From contig JAWAQK010000004.1 of NCBI GenBank assembly GCA_038893995.1, positions 1-64,000 on the forward strand: a stretch of DNA of 64,000 bases, given 5' to 3'. This DNA comes from Candidatus Thorarchaeota archaeon. Lineage in GTDB: Archaea > Asgardarchaeota > Thorarchaeia > Thorarchaeales > Thorarchaeaceae. Below, piece after piece: positions 45,893 to 55,758 of this stretch (its first letter is position 1; every line of letters starts with the position of its first letter). A program made the translations under genes and the position numbers. The notes beneath the pieces are model-generated. The model saw only the letters and a program-made list of their open reading frames with translations, ran no database searches and was not told the DNA's origin.

Positions 45893-47728
45893 TCAGTTGA
45901 TACTCTGACTGACGAGATCCTGCAGACCGAGGTCGAGTATCCTCTCTCTACTTGGCCAGCCTGTGGTTCGGTCCCACATGCGGTACCTGTACCACCGGTC
46001 TAGGTGTGCATTCACGTCAGGCACGTGTCTCTCCGTGGGGCCGTCAAGGGGTCTCAGGAGTATGTCCGGAAGCCTCTCGTTGGCAGTCGTGTAACCGAAC
46101 TTCAGATTCATCAGACGCATGAGTGTGAAGATCCGCTCTCCTGTCTTCTTCAACTCATCAATCGAATAGTCCCATCCGACCACGAGTCTGAACAGCTCTA
46201 CAATCTCATTGCCTGTGTATGGATAGAAGTTGCAGACCAAGGCAGAGTTTGTCACGCACCTCAGGTCTTGGACTCTTGCAACCACCTCGGCCTCGTTGGC
46301 AAACCTGTCCTCACTGCGGATGTCCAGGCTCTCGTCCGTCATGCCCATCTGCCAATTGTACATGTCCGCTGTCATGTGACATGCACCCCTCGGCGAAGTC
46401 GTGTATGCAATGGCCATTCCTGAGAAACCTCTGGGATCATGCTGTGGTAACTCGAGCCCATTCACGTGTGGTGCAATGTCCTCGTGGCCCAGCTTGGCAC
46501 CGAGGGCTCTGCTTCCCTCAGCCATCAGGTCTCCGATCCCTTCCCTCCTTGCTATCTTGTTCAGCAGGACAAGCGCAGAGTCGACCTCTCCCCACTCAGG
46601 TGTTACGCCGTCGAGATCATCGGATGTGATCATCCCCTGCTTGTACAGATAGTATGCAAATGCAATGACGTTTCCACCAGAGATGGTATCGATTCCCAGT
46701 AGGTCCAGTTCCCGGTTGACATACGAGAGTGCCTCTGGATTGTTATTCAGGATGAGTGAGCCCATGGTCCCCGTGACCTCAAGCTCGGGTCCGGCGAACC
46801 TGTCCATCTTGTACTTACCCTCCCTCACCTCGACAACACGCCCGCAGCCTATCGGGCATCGAAAACAGGCAGTCTTCCCTACTAGGAGCCTCTCCTTGAC
46901 TGTCGAGCCACTGATGTTATACGTATCAAAGTCAGAGACCGAGTAGAATCCCGCTGGGAGAGACCCGAACATCATCGTGGCCATGTCGACGAACCCCGCA
47001 GTACCCAGGTTCGAGTACATGTTGAAGGTAGGCGTATCTCGCTTCTGTTCGTTGAGCGTCTTGCAATAAGTCTCCAGGCGGTCTGGTTCTGCTACGGGCA
47101 CTTTCCTATTCGAACCGTGTACGACGATCGCCTTGAGTCTCTTCGAACCCATGACCGCTCCGAGTCCTGTTCTTCCGGCCGCCCGGTGATGGTCGACTAT
47201 TATGCTGGCATACTTGACCAGGTTCTCGCCCGCGATGCCGATCCTTGCGACACCAGCGTTCCTCAGCCCCGTCTCCGTCTTGAGTTCATCCCAGACCCTA
47301 TGGGTGTCCATACCCCACAGATGTGAGGCATCTCTGATTGCCACATCGGAGTCCTGTATGAGGATGTACACAGGAGCATCCGACGATCCCCTCACTATCA
47401 GGCCGTCATACCCTGCAAACTTCAGGTCTGCTCCCAGGTGCCCTCCAAATGTGCTGTAGCCCAGAAGACCAGTCAGCGGTGATCTTGCGCAGAAGGTGGA
47501 CTTGCTGCCTGTTGGTACGGCAGTCCCACAGAAGGGGCCCGTCATCAGAATGAGAGGGTTCTCTGGGCCAAGCGGATCTGTCGATGCGTCAACCATGTCA
47601 TAGAGTAGTCGACAGGCGAGGCCTGCACCACCGATGAACTTCCGGACCATTTCCGGATCCTGATCTCTCTCAGTCGTCCTCCTGTTGGTCAGGTCTATCT
47701 CAAGGATCCTTCCGGTATAGCCGTTCAT
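45893..47728 (-). CDS. aor: Tungsten-dependent aldehyde:ferredoxin oxidoreductase family protein
   Basis: GYTGRIL.IDL, SPLTG, GR.GLGAVMGSK, CFRCPIGC [4Fe-4S] motif, D.LGID, HDPRG, RGACH. Confidence 0.93.
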   Translation of the reverse strand: MNGYTGRILEIDLTNRRTTERDQDPEMVRKFIGGAGLACRLLYDMVDASTDPLGPENPLILMTGPFCGTAVPTGSKSTFCARSPLTGLLGYSTFGGHLGADLKFAGYDGLIVRGSSDAPVYILIQDSDVAIRDASHLWGMDTHRVWDELKTETGLRNAGVARIGIAGENLVKYASIIVDHHRAAGRTGLGAVMGSKRLKAIVVHGSNRKVPVAEPDRLETYCKTLNEQKRDTPTFNMYSNLGTAGFVDMATMMFGSLPAGFYSVSDFDTYNISGSTVKERLLVGKTACFRCPIGCGRVVEVREGKYKMDRFAGPELEVTGTMGSLILNNNPEALSYVNRELDLLGIDTISGGNVIAFAYYLYKQGMITSDDLDGVTPEWGEVDSALVLLNKIARREGIGDLMAEGSRALGAKLGHEDIAPHVNGLELPQHDPRGFSGMAIAYTTSPRGACHMTADMYNWQMGMTDESLDIRSEDRFANEAEVVARVQDLRCVTNSALVCNFYPYTGNEIVELFRLVVGWDYSIDELKKTGERIFTLMRLMNLKFGYTTANERLPDILLRPLDGPTERHVPDVNAHLDRWYRYRMWDRTTGWPSRERILDLGLQDLVSQSIN

Positions 47729-47740
47729 GACATCAACTCC

Positions 47741-48940
47741 CTAGAAGTCGACTGGTGTACCATCGTACATGCACCTGTAGATCCTGCGCAGATCATCTGC
47801 CTGAACATCTCTTGGTGTCATTGTGATGCTTGAGTCCATCATGGCATATTCCACGAGTCTGTCGAGGCCGTTCTCCAGGTCCTCCGGCTTCACACCTGCC
47901 TCTCGTAGACTGAGTGGAAATCCGACCTGCTTCTGTAGACCCCTGATTCTGTCTGCGAACGCTCTGGCACTCTCGAGCGCGGTACCTCTGGAGGCACCGA
48001 TAAGGTCCGCAAGTTCCCGATAGTCTTCTGCAGCATTCGGACTACCGTCTGCATTGAACTCGACCGTGTACGGCAGTGCTATTCCCACTGCGAGTCCATG
48101 GTGTATCCTTAGGACTGAGCCCATACTGTGGCCAAGTGAGTGGGCGATACACACCTGTGAGTTGCTGAACGACATCCCTGCGAGGCAGGATGCCACGAGC
48201 ATCTTCTCACGGGCCTGCATGTCACCAGGGTCAGCCACTGATCTCGGCAACCATTCGAAGATCAACCGGATTGCCTTCATGGAACAGGCGTCAGAGAAGT
48301 CGTTCTTCCAGACTGACACAAATCCCTCAACTGCATGTGACAGTGCATCCATCCCCGTATTGACAGTCAGATCCCTTGGTAGGTCCCTGACAAACTCCGG
48401 GTCGAGGATTGCAAGGTCTGCGGTCAGCTCCGGGTTGATGGTCGCAAACTTCCTACCGGTCTCGTCCTCCCTCACGACAATGGCCCGTGTGGCCTCCGAT
48501 CCTGTGCCTGCTGTTGTGGGAATACAGACGAGACGGGCTCTGGACCTCAGACTGAGTGTGTCAAATGGTGTCAGTTCTTCAAGCCTCATGTCAGGCCTTG
48601 CATAGAGTACCCAGGCTGCCTTTGCAGTGTCCATCACGCTCCCACCGCCCACTGCCACGATGAGGTCAATGCCCGCCTGTTCCATGGCGGCAGCGGCACT
48701 CCTGACTACAGATACTCTCGGGTCTGGTTCTGCCTCGGCCCAGACCGTCACCTCCCAACCATTCTTCCTGAGTAGCTGGTCGACCCTATCGACCAGGCCC
48801 TTTCCTCTGACGATCCTGTCGGTCACAATGATTGCATGCCGACCTGACAGTCTCTCGATGTCAGACAGAGCATCCTCTCCGAATGCGACTCTCGGTATGT
48901 TGAACCACCAGACCAATGCACACCACACTCGACAAAGCAC
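47741..48940 (-). CDS. Iron-containing alcohol dehydrogenase
   Basis: GGGSVMD.AK, PTTAGTGSE, DALSHAVE, AHSLGH, HG. The true start may be slightly downstream (about 48916). Confidence 0.93.
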   Translation of the reverse strand: MLCRVWCALVWWFNIPRVAFGEDALSDIERLSGRHAIIVTDRIVRGKGLVDRVDQLLRKNGWEVTVWAEAEPDPRVSVVRSAAAAMEQAGIDLIVAVGGGSVMDTAKAAWVLYARPDMRLEELTPFDTLSLRSRARLVCIPTTAGTGSEATRAIVVREDETGRKFATINPELTADLAILDPEFVRDLPRDLTVNTGMDALSHAVEGFVSVWKNDFSDACSMKAIRLIFEWLPRSVADPGDMQAREKMLVASCLAGMSFSNSQVCIAHSLGHSMGSVLRIHHGLAVGIALPYTVEFNADGSPNAAEDYRELADLIGASRGTALESARAFADRIRGLQKQVGFPLSLREAGVKPEDLENGLDRLVEYAMMDSSITMTPRDVQADDLRRIYRCMYDGTPVDF

Positions 48941-48995
48941 ATGAAATGTAGATGATTCATGGCCAGCGGGCTATTATTCTTGTTGAGAGAGTGGC

Positions 48996-50087
48996 TCAGT
49001 CAGAGACACATCGCTCTGCGGTCTGTCGGAGGATTCTGGCAGCCTCGTGGACGATCTGGTCGATGACCTCAGCAACTGTGGGAATGTCCTGTATTCTTCC
49101 CACACACTCTCCCCCAAACATGAGTGCGGTCTCAGGTCTCTTGTCCAGGAGGTCTCTGAACCCCTCCTTTTCCAGATTCAGGATGTCCTCATTCGACTCA
49201 ACGGGTTCTCCAAGGTAGAATCGGGGGATGTCATTGAGTGTCCGTTCAACTATCATCTCAGCTCTCCTATTCCTCAGGAATCTCATTGGTCCAAATAGGC
49301 CACGACCCGCCAGCGTCTGTCGTTCGTTGAGCCTCACTATCGTGTCCTTCCAGATCGGTTCGAAGTCGCTCTCCTTGGTGGCAATGAATCGGGTCCCCAT
49401 CTGGATTCCCTTTGCTCCCATGCATAGTGCTGCAGCAAGCGACGCACCATCACAGAATCCGCCTGCAGCCACAACGGGTCTCTTCACAGACCTGACTACT
49501 GCTGGCACGAGGACCACAGAGTGTACGGGCTCCCATGAGACATGTGCGCCTCCCTCGTGCCCCGAGGCGACTACTATGTCTACGCCAGCCGCCTCAGCCT
49601 TCTGGGCATGGTACACGGATGGTACAACATGTGCCCAGATCAGTCCATGTTTCTTCACATCTGCCCAGGGTCGGGGATTACCCGCCGAGGTAATCAGGAC
49701 GCGGAGCCTCCTTTCCACGTCTGAGTCGTTGTTCCTGCATTCGATCGTCTGCTCAACAAACATCTTGGATGCCTGTATGAACTCGGCTGCGACAGGCACG
49801 TTGACACCGATCACGCCCTGGGAAGTCCGAGTCTCCCTCACCACCCTCTCGATAGACTTCTGAAGTAGTACCCGGGGTGGGTCGGACCCGAATAGCCTTA
49901 CTGGGTCAATGGGGGCGGCCTCTGGTAGCAGGCTGGCTGCCATTCCTATGCTGCTTATCACGCCCAGCGCGCCAGCTCTTGCAACTGCGATTGCAAGGTC
50001 CTCTGTCTTGTACGGCCCCATGCCTCCTTGCAGTATCGGATGCCTGATTCCGATCAGGTCGCACAGCTCAGTCCGTATTGACGGCAT
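48996..50087 (-). CDS. FMN-dependent nitronate monooxygenase / FabK-type enoyl reductase family
   Basis: PILQGGM, GHEGGAH, VVAAGGF.DG, G.QMGTRF.AT.ES. Confidence 0.9.
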   Translation of the reverse strand: MPSIRTELCDLIGIRHPILQGGMGPYKTEDLAIAVARAGALGVISSIGMAASLLPEAAPIDPVRLFGSDPPRVLLQKSIERVVRETRTSQGVIGVNVPVAAEFIQASKMFVEQTIECRNNDSDVERRLRVLITSAGNPRPWADVKKHGLIWAHVVPSVYHAQKAEAAGVDIVVASGHEGGAHVSWEPVHSVVLVPAVVRSVKRPVVAAGGFCDGASLAAALCMGAKGIQMGTRFIATKESDFEPIWKDTIVRLNERQTLAGRGLFGPMRFLRNRRAEMIVERTLNDIPRFYLGEPVESNEDILNLEKEGFRDLLDKRPETALMFGGECVGRIQDIPTVAEVIDQIVHEAARILRQTAERCVSD

Positions 50088-50092
50088 GGTTC

Positions 50093-50509
50093 CTATTCAT
50101 CCAGGAATCTTGTGGGCACCCTCACTGCAGTCGCCACGAGCTCGGCCGCGGCCTTTGTCGCACGCATGACCTTGCCCATGTCTCCGGTGAGCTTGAACTT
50201 GTTGGCCATCAGCCCCTTGATCGGATCTATCTTTCCTGCAAACAGCTGCTTCCAGTTCTCGTACGGCCCTGAATAGGTGAATGCCGCCTTGTCTCCGGGG
50301 CCAGCAATCCTGGCGCTTCGGCAGACTCCATGCCAGAGGTCCATGTATATCATCATGGGCTCCTTGACGAGCTTGCCATCAGCCTCTATACGAAAGATGA
50401 AGTCACCCTCCCAGGTGGCAGCTGCCTCCTTGTAGGCAGCGTTCTGATTCAACAACTCGACGTATTTCTGGACCCACTCTTCTGATGGAAAGAGAAGCTT
50501 CTCGGTCAT
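50093..50509 (-). CDS. Stand-alone SCP2 lipid-binding domain protein
   Basis: FPSEEW, W..L..GKIDP.K.LM..K.KL.GDM..VM typical of SCP2. Confidence 0.88.
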   Translation of the reverse strand: MTEKLLFPSEEWVQKYVELLNQNAAYKEAAATWEGDFIFRIEADGKLVKEPMMIYMDLWHGVCRSARIAGPGDKAAFTYSGPYENWKQLFAGKIDPIKGLMANKFKLTGDMGKVMRATKAAAELVATAVRVPTRFLDE

Positions 50510-50657
50510 CCCGAATCACCTGTACCGGTACTGATACAGCTCGTAGGACAAAAAGATTCTGGAGGTCTGCGTCCAGGGAGTGAAGGATCAGATGCAGTGC
50601 AGCTCCGGATGCCCATACATGATCGACAGTCCCACGGCTGGCACAAGATGCCAGACC

Positions 50658-51329
50658 TCAGTGCCCCACTCTTCTCAACGACTTTCCATCGATGAGTGGC
50701 AGTCCCATTGCCTGTGCGATCTGCATATAGTCCTTGAGGCGTCCTATGGTCTCAATCGAGTGGGAATCGCTGCCAAGGGAGAAGCTGCAGCCGAGGTCTC
50801 GTGCTCTCTCCAGGAAGTCGCGATTACCTATGCCGTATCTCAGATTCAGTTCGATGGCAACGCCGTGGTCCGCCAGGATGCCTGCTACTCTCTCCCCATC
50901 TTCTGCCCTGTACGACGTCAGCATCGCGCTCCAGTGGCCAAGGATGTTCGGGCTGTATTTCCTGAGTGCCCTGTCGACTGCAGATGCCCATACCTGAGAC
51001 GTACAGCTGTGATGGATCGAGAATATGACCAGGTCAAACTGTTCGAGCCCTCCGGCCACCGAGGCTATCTCACCGTTGAGGTCAACATCGACTTCCACAC
51101 CATCGAGGAGGGTGACAGTCGGCCACTGAGACCTTGCCTCCTCAATCAACTGCCGCCTCTCCAGGATCACGTCCTGACCCCCCTCCCTGGCACCGAGTGA
51201 CGGCCAGAAATGATCGGTCAGGGCCACCGCCTCTAGCCCGACTATGGCTGCACGCTGTGCCACAGCCTCAACAGAGTTGTTGCCATCAGAGAAATGCGTG
51301 TGCACATGAAGATCCTGCGTCGCTGGCAC
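50658..51329 (-). CDS. PHP-domain phosphoesterase
   Basis: DLHVHT.FSDG, LTDH, GVE, S.H, ILGH, ELN, GSDSH. Confidence 0.92.
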   Translation of the reverse strand: MPATQDLHVHTHFSDGNNSVEAVAQRAAIVGLEAVALTDHFWPSLGAREGGQDVILERRQLIEEARSQWPTVTLLDGVEVDVDLNGEIASVAGGLEQFDLVIFSIHHSCTSQVWASAVDRALRKYSPNILGHWSAMLTSYRAEDGERVAGILADHGVAIELNLRYGIGNRDFLERARDLGCSFSLGSDSHSIETIGRLKDYMQIAQAMGLPLIDGKSLRRVGH

Positions 51330-51370
51330 ATCTCCCTCGGGTTGATCTGAACATCAGACATGCAGTCAGG

Positions 51371-52507
51371 CTATGTCCACTCAATTCGGGTCCTGAAGTC
51401 GGACACGGCACGGGGTAGTTCCGCCCTTGACTCCAGCGCTCTGTCTGCCCTGAGTATCACCGCTCGACCAGGTCCACTGTGTTCAGCATCAAATCTCTTT
51501 AGCTTGGGGCACGAGAAGAGCGGGCTCACGTCAACGGAATCGAAGGGATTGTCGCGAAGGTCAAGCACCCGGAGTTCCTCTAGGCCGCCCAATGGGTCTA
51601 GACCTATCTCTCTCAGACGGTTCTCGGCCAGTGATAGTTCTCTGAGGGCATTACACGACCTCAAGGGGGTCAGATCTATCCGTTCTATGCGGTTTCCATC
51701 AAGATGTAGTTCTTCTAGTCGGCTGCATCTCTGTAGCGGACGCAGGTCTGCATCAACGATCTGGTTGTCTGAGAGAAACAGGTATCTTATCGAGCCTGCT
51801 TGCCCGAGTGGCGTCAGGTCTACCTCTTGGAGCTCGTTTCCCCTGAGGTTGAGATACTCGAGGTGCCTGCAATCGCTGAGCGGTCCCAGGTCGATTTTCC
51901 TCAGGAGGTTCCTCTCCAGCTCCAGCCTCTTGAGCTCCGGACAGCCCCGGAGTGGGCTGAGATCGATCCCAGTCAGGCGATTGTTGGTCAGTCCGAGATA
52001 CGTGAGCCTTGGGCACTGGCGGAGAGGTTGAAGATCCACCTGTTCGAGCTGATTGTGTGTCACTCCCAGATATCGGAGGCTCTGACAGTCAACTAGAGGT
52101 GCCAGGTTCACAGAACGCAGGGCGTTGTCTGAGAGATACAGACTCCTCATATTGACACACTCGGACAGAGGTCCCAGGTCTACTGTCTCTATCAGATTAG
52201 ATGAGAGATCAAGCTCCGAGAGCTCTAGGCAGCTGCTCAGTGGCCTGAGATCAATCTTCTCAAGCTGATCCCATCTCAGACACAGCTCTCTGAGACTGGA
52301 GCATTCTCGGAGTGGACTCAGATCGACCTCGACAATTGGGTTCTCAGCCAGCGTCAGCCTCTCGAGTCTGCGGAGATGTCTCACCGGAGACAGATCAATA
52401 CTCTTGATGTCCATCTGGACCAGATTGATCTCCGTGGCGTCAACATGAATCTTGATCTCCTCCCCGTCAGAGTCAGTAGTGGAATACTTCAAGGTGACAT
52501 AGTCCAT
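51371..52507 (-). CDS. Leucine-rich repeat protein (22-aa Cys-containing repeats)
   Basis: 13 successive (D)L-x-P-L/V units of consensus LxxLxLxxNxLxxVDLxPLxxCxx; no signal peptide. Confidence 0.95.
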   Translation of the reverse strand: MDYVTLKYSTTDSDGEEIKIHVDATEINLVQMDIKSIDLSPVRHLRRLERLTLAENPIVEVDLSPLRECSSLRELCLRWDQLEKIDLRPLSSCLELSELDLSSNLIETVDLGPLSECVNMRSLYLSDNALRSVNLAPLVDCQSLRYLGVTHNQLEQVDLQPLRQCPRLTYLGLTNNRLTGIDLSPLRGCPELKRLELERNLLRKIDLGPLSDCRHLEYLNLRGNELQEVDLTPLGQAGSIRYLFLSDNQIVDADLRPLQRCSRLEELHLDGNRIERIDLTPLRSCNALRELSLAENRLREIGLDPLGGLEELRVLDLRDNPFDSVDVSPLFSCPKLKRFDAEHSGPGRAVILRADRALESRAELPRAVSDFRTRIEWT

Positions 52508-52717
52508 TCAAGTATCTTTCCTGAAGGCTCCGCAGGCCCACTCAGATTAGTACTGGTTCTCCCTTAAGTTTAGTTCTTACAAGTCCTCACCGCTCTGATG
52601 CCAGCTGGCCGATGCTGGACAAGACCCTCGATCATGCCCCGTTACATTCACAGTCCTGGCGGTGGGCTGTTCCCCAGCCACAAGAGTTATGGAGAGCATC
52701 TCTATTCACCGAGGTAC

Positions 52718-54082
52718 ATGCGGGTTGACGCACGACTACTCCCGAACGGTGTCTCGGTATCCTTCAAGGGAAATGAGTACCCCATACTATATCCGGACGG
52801 TGTCTGGTCCAGTGTTCCAGAACAGACGAGAGTTGCGCTCCGCGACAATCTCGCAGTCATGGCAACAATGCATCTACCCCTGGTATTTGGGGAGGACCAC
52901 GTGACCTACGGCACGGGCCGGCCTTATCTGGAGCCATACCTCTACATGAACTTCATCAAAGACATCCCTTCCTGCACGGAGATTGATGGTACCGACACTG
53001 CGGAAACGATTCGGAGATTCTACAATACCAGGTACGAGTTTGAGCACTCGGACATAGTCGTTCCATCGCCAGATCCTGTTGACTCACCCCACAGGGCCAT
53101 TGTGGGTCTCAGCTTTGGAAAGGATAGCCTCCTCACGTACGCCGTGGCTGACGAGATTGGACTAGAGCCTGAGAGCGTCTATGTCATCGAGGAGAGCATG
53201 ACCTATGAGCAGAAACACAAGACGGCGCTGGCCGCGGAGTTCAAGAAGGAGTTCGGGAAGGAACTGAAGACCCTCATTCATGACACTGGCAGGCTCAGAG
53301 ACTACGATCATCTGGGCCTACCACAGTCTGAACTTGGATGGGGTCTCCAGACGAGTGAGTATGTCCTGGAGCTGCTACCGTTTGCCTACTATCTTCATGG
53401 TAAGTATCTTCTCTTCGGGAACGAGCAGACCGCCTCTGCAACCTACATGAGCAATGATGCGAGTGGACCGTGGTTGGTATATCCCTGCTTCGACCAGTCT
53501 CACGAGTGGACTGTACATCTCGACCAGGTTTCGCAGGCCTTCTCAGGACGCTCAGTCAGGACGGGGAGCCTGATCGAGCCACTTATGGACATGATGATCC
53601 AACGGATACTTGTGAGGCGTTATCCCCAATATGCCAAGTACCAGATGAGTTGCTTCACGATCGACGAGCATGGTCGTGACTATCGCTGGTGTCACCATTG
53701 CTCGGTCTGTGCAAAGATGTATCTCATGTGTGTGGGTGGCGGCGTCGATCCGGCCATGATTGGTCTGAGAGAGGACATGCTTGCATCATCCAAGAGACAT
53801 CTGTTTTCTCTGTTCGGAGGCAAGTCTGACATGCCATACCTGAACTCAGAGGCCGCTCGTGACGAGCAGATATTTGCACTATACTCCGCAGCCAAGAAGG
53901 GAGTGCGTGGTGACCTGATCGATGAGTTCAGACATAGCAGTCACTTCAAGGAGGCACAGGCACGGGAGGACGACCTCATGAAGAAGTTCGTTCGACTGTA
54001 TGAGCCAATCTCACTGCCCAGGGAACTTCGGGACCAGGTGATGTCGATCTACCGGGAGGAGCTGGCACTCTTTGAACTCTGA
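52718..54082 (+). CDS. PP-loop (adenine nucleotide alpha-hydrolase) protein, MurL/QueC-like
   Basis: GLSFGKDS PP-loop, GNE..A, SC...RWCHHCSVCAK Cys cluster. ATG 52718 follows GAGGT. Confidence 0.7.
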   Translation: MRVDARLLPNGVSVSFKGNEYPILYPDGVWSSVPEQTRVALRDNLAVMATMHLPLVFGEDHVTYGTGRPYLEPYLYMNFIKDIPSCTEIDGTDTAETIRRFYNTRYEFEHSDIVVPSPDPVDSPHRAIVGLSFGKDSLLTYAVADEIGLEPESVYVIEESMTYEQKHKTALAAEFKKEFGKELKTLIHDTGRLRDYDHLGLPQSELGWGLQTSEYVLELLPFAYYLHGKYLLFGNEQTASATYMSNDASGPWLVYPCFDQSHEWTVHLDQVSQAFSGRSVRTGSLIEPLMDMMIQRILVRRYPQYAKYQMSCFTIDEHGRDYRWCHHCSVCAKMYLMCVGGGVDPAMIGLREDMLASSKRHLFSLFGGKSDMPYLNSEAARDEQIFALYSAAKKGVRGDLIDEFRHSSHFKEAQAREDDLMKKFVRLYEPISLPRELRDQVMSIYREELALFEL

Positions 54083-54141
54083 TGGGACTGACCTGGCTGA
54101 GTGCTCAAGGTTATATGTCTCACGAGGGGGTAGGACACACA

Positions 54142-55137
54142 ATGAAGATTGCTCTTGTCTTGAACACCAGAAGATCAGACTCTGAGTTCGAGGTGGAGTA
54201 CGATCCACCTCACACGATTGAGTTGATACGACATGGGATAGAGGCCACGGGTCATAAGTACGTATTTATCGAGGCGGATGAGGACCTCTATGCCAGACTC
54301 AGGCGTGAACGTCCCGACCTGGTCTTCAACCGTGCAGAGGGTATCAGGGGGGAGAGCAGGGAGTCTCATGTACCTGCGATTCTCGAGATGCTCGGCATAC
54401 CTTACGTGGGCTCAAATGTCCTGACCACCGCAGTCTGTCTCAACAAGGCCTGGACCAAGAAGGTCCTCATCTACCATCGGATACGCACACCGGAGTTTCA
54501 GCTGGTCCGGAGCGTTCGTGAGTTGGATGTGAAACGCGTCAGGTATCCCGCCATCCTGAAACCCAACGAGGAGGGGTCCTCGATGGGTGTCAACGAGGAT
54601 AATGTGGTGCACGACTCTGACCATCTGCAGGCGAAACTGAATGAGATGCTGCGCATCTACGATGGCGGCGTGATAATCGAGCAGTTCATTGCCGGGCGCG
54701 AGTTCAGTGTAGGCGTTCTAGGCACACCGCCTCACGACGCCGAGGTATTGCCGATACTAGAGGTAGACTTCTCCAGGATGCCCCCTGAAGTGGGAAACGT
54801 ACTCGGGCAGCGCGCTAAGACCGTACTCGACTCATTAGACCACTATGTCTGTCCCGCAGAGACAGACACGCGGCTGAGGAGACGGATCGAACGTCTGGCA
54901 CTCGAGATATGTCAGCACCTTGGAGTCGTTGACTTCTGTAGGATCGACCTCAGGATGAATGACAAGGGTGAGATATACTTCCTCGAGGCGAACCCCCTGC
55001 CCGGGATGGACTTCGACATGGAGGAGCGTGACTTCTCGTTCTTCCCATTCATGGCAATGAAGGCGGGCTATACCTACGATGAACTCATCCGCCGGATCCT
55101 GGAGTCCGCATGTCGTCGGTACGGACTAGCGTTATGA
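54142..55137 (+). CDS. D-Ala-D-Ala ligase-like ATP-grasp protein
   Basis: DLVFNRAEG..G..RE..VPA.LE.LGIPY.GS, NK, KP..EGSSMG, EQFI.GRE, RID.R, LE.NPLPG. Confidence 0.9.
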   Translation: MKIALVLNTRRSDSEFEVEYDPPHTIELIRHGIEATGHKYVFIEADEDLYARLRRERPDLVFNRAEGIRGESRESHVPAILEMLGIPYVGSNVLTTAVCLNKAWTKKVLIYHRIRTPEFQLVRSVRELDVKRVRYPAILKPNEEGSSMGVNEDNVVHDSDHLQAKLNEMLRIYDGGVIIEQFIAGREFSVGVLGTPPHDAEVLPILEVDFSRMPPEVGNVLGQRAKTVLDSLDHYVCPAETDTRLRRRIERLALEICQHLGVVDFCRIDLRMNDKGEIYFLEANPLPGMDFDMEERDFSFFPFMAMKAGYTYDELIRRILESACRRYGLAL

Positions 55138-55173
55138 CACTGACAGACGCAGTCGTTCACGAAGTGGTCATCA

Positions 55174-55737
55174 TTGAGGATTCACAACAGTAGTTGCAGT
55201 TCATCGCGGGTCTGGTGCGAGCTGGAGCGGTCTCTCTCCTCACTCCTGGGCCGTCCTGTCCGACTGTGGTTTCCGACAAGGTGGTCCCAGAGAGTACTCG
55301 GGTGCTTTCGACAGGCCGACTCGGTATTTCGAGAGTCACTGAGGTACAGTCAGGAGGAGATCTTGGACCGACTCCATAACGACGATCTGGTCCTCATGTT
55401 CGTGATGGCGGGCCGGCAGGTGGAGGGTGTCCTGCTTGGATACTCGTTCGAGGCGTCAGAGCGGAGGGTCTTCTACCTTGACACAATTGCAGTACGTAGA
55501 AGGGGACTGGGACTGGGTACGCGTCTTCTGTGCTCGCTCATTGAATGGTCGATGATGTCTGGCTTTGAGAGCCTATTGCTCGATACCGAGGATGCTGACG
55601 AGAATGGATTTCGGCTTGCTGACTTCTATGGCAGGTTTGGATTCACGCGCGTCTCAGAGGACGAGCATGGGGATATAACGATGGAGCTTGACCTGAGAAG
55701 CAAAGGTCTCCCTCCCCGGTGCCGGGGTGATGGGTGA
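55174..55737 (+). CDS. GNAT acetyltransferase
   Basis: YLDTIAV..RG.GLG..LL and FY.RFGF motifs. Confidence 0.8.
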   Translation: MRIHNSSCSSSRVWCELERSLSSLLGRPVRLWFPTRWSQRVLGCFRQADSVFRESLRYSQEEILDRLHNDDLVLMFVMAGRQVEGVLLGYSFEASERRVFYLDTIAVRRRGLGLGTRLLCSLIEWSMMSGFESLLLDTEDADENGFRLADFYGRFGFTRVSEDEHGDITMELDLRSKGLPPRCRGDG

Positions 55738-55758
55738 TCTAGTGCGGGTCAGCCCATG

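Noticed and set aside
52718-55137. Peptidoglycan synthesis or bacterial contamination
   Set aside because: No murA-G, mraY or PBP genes; the ligase lacks the Ddl GG.S.E and HG..GEDG motifs; flanking genes and composition match the rest of the archaeal contig.
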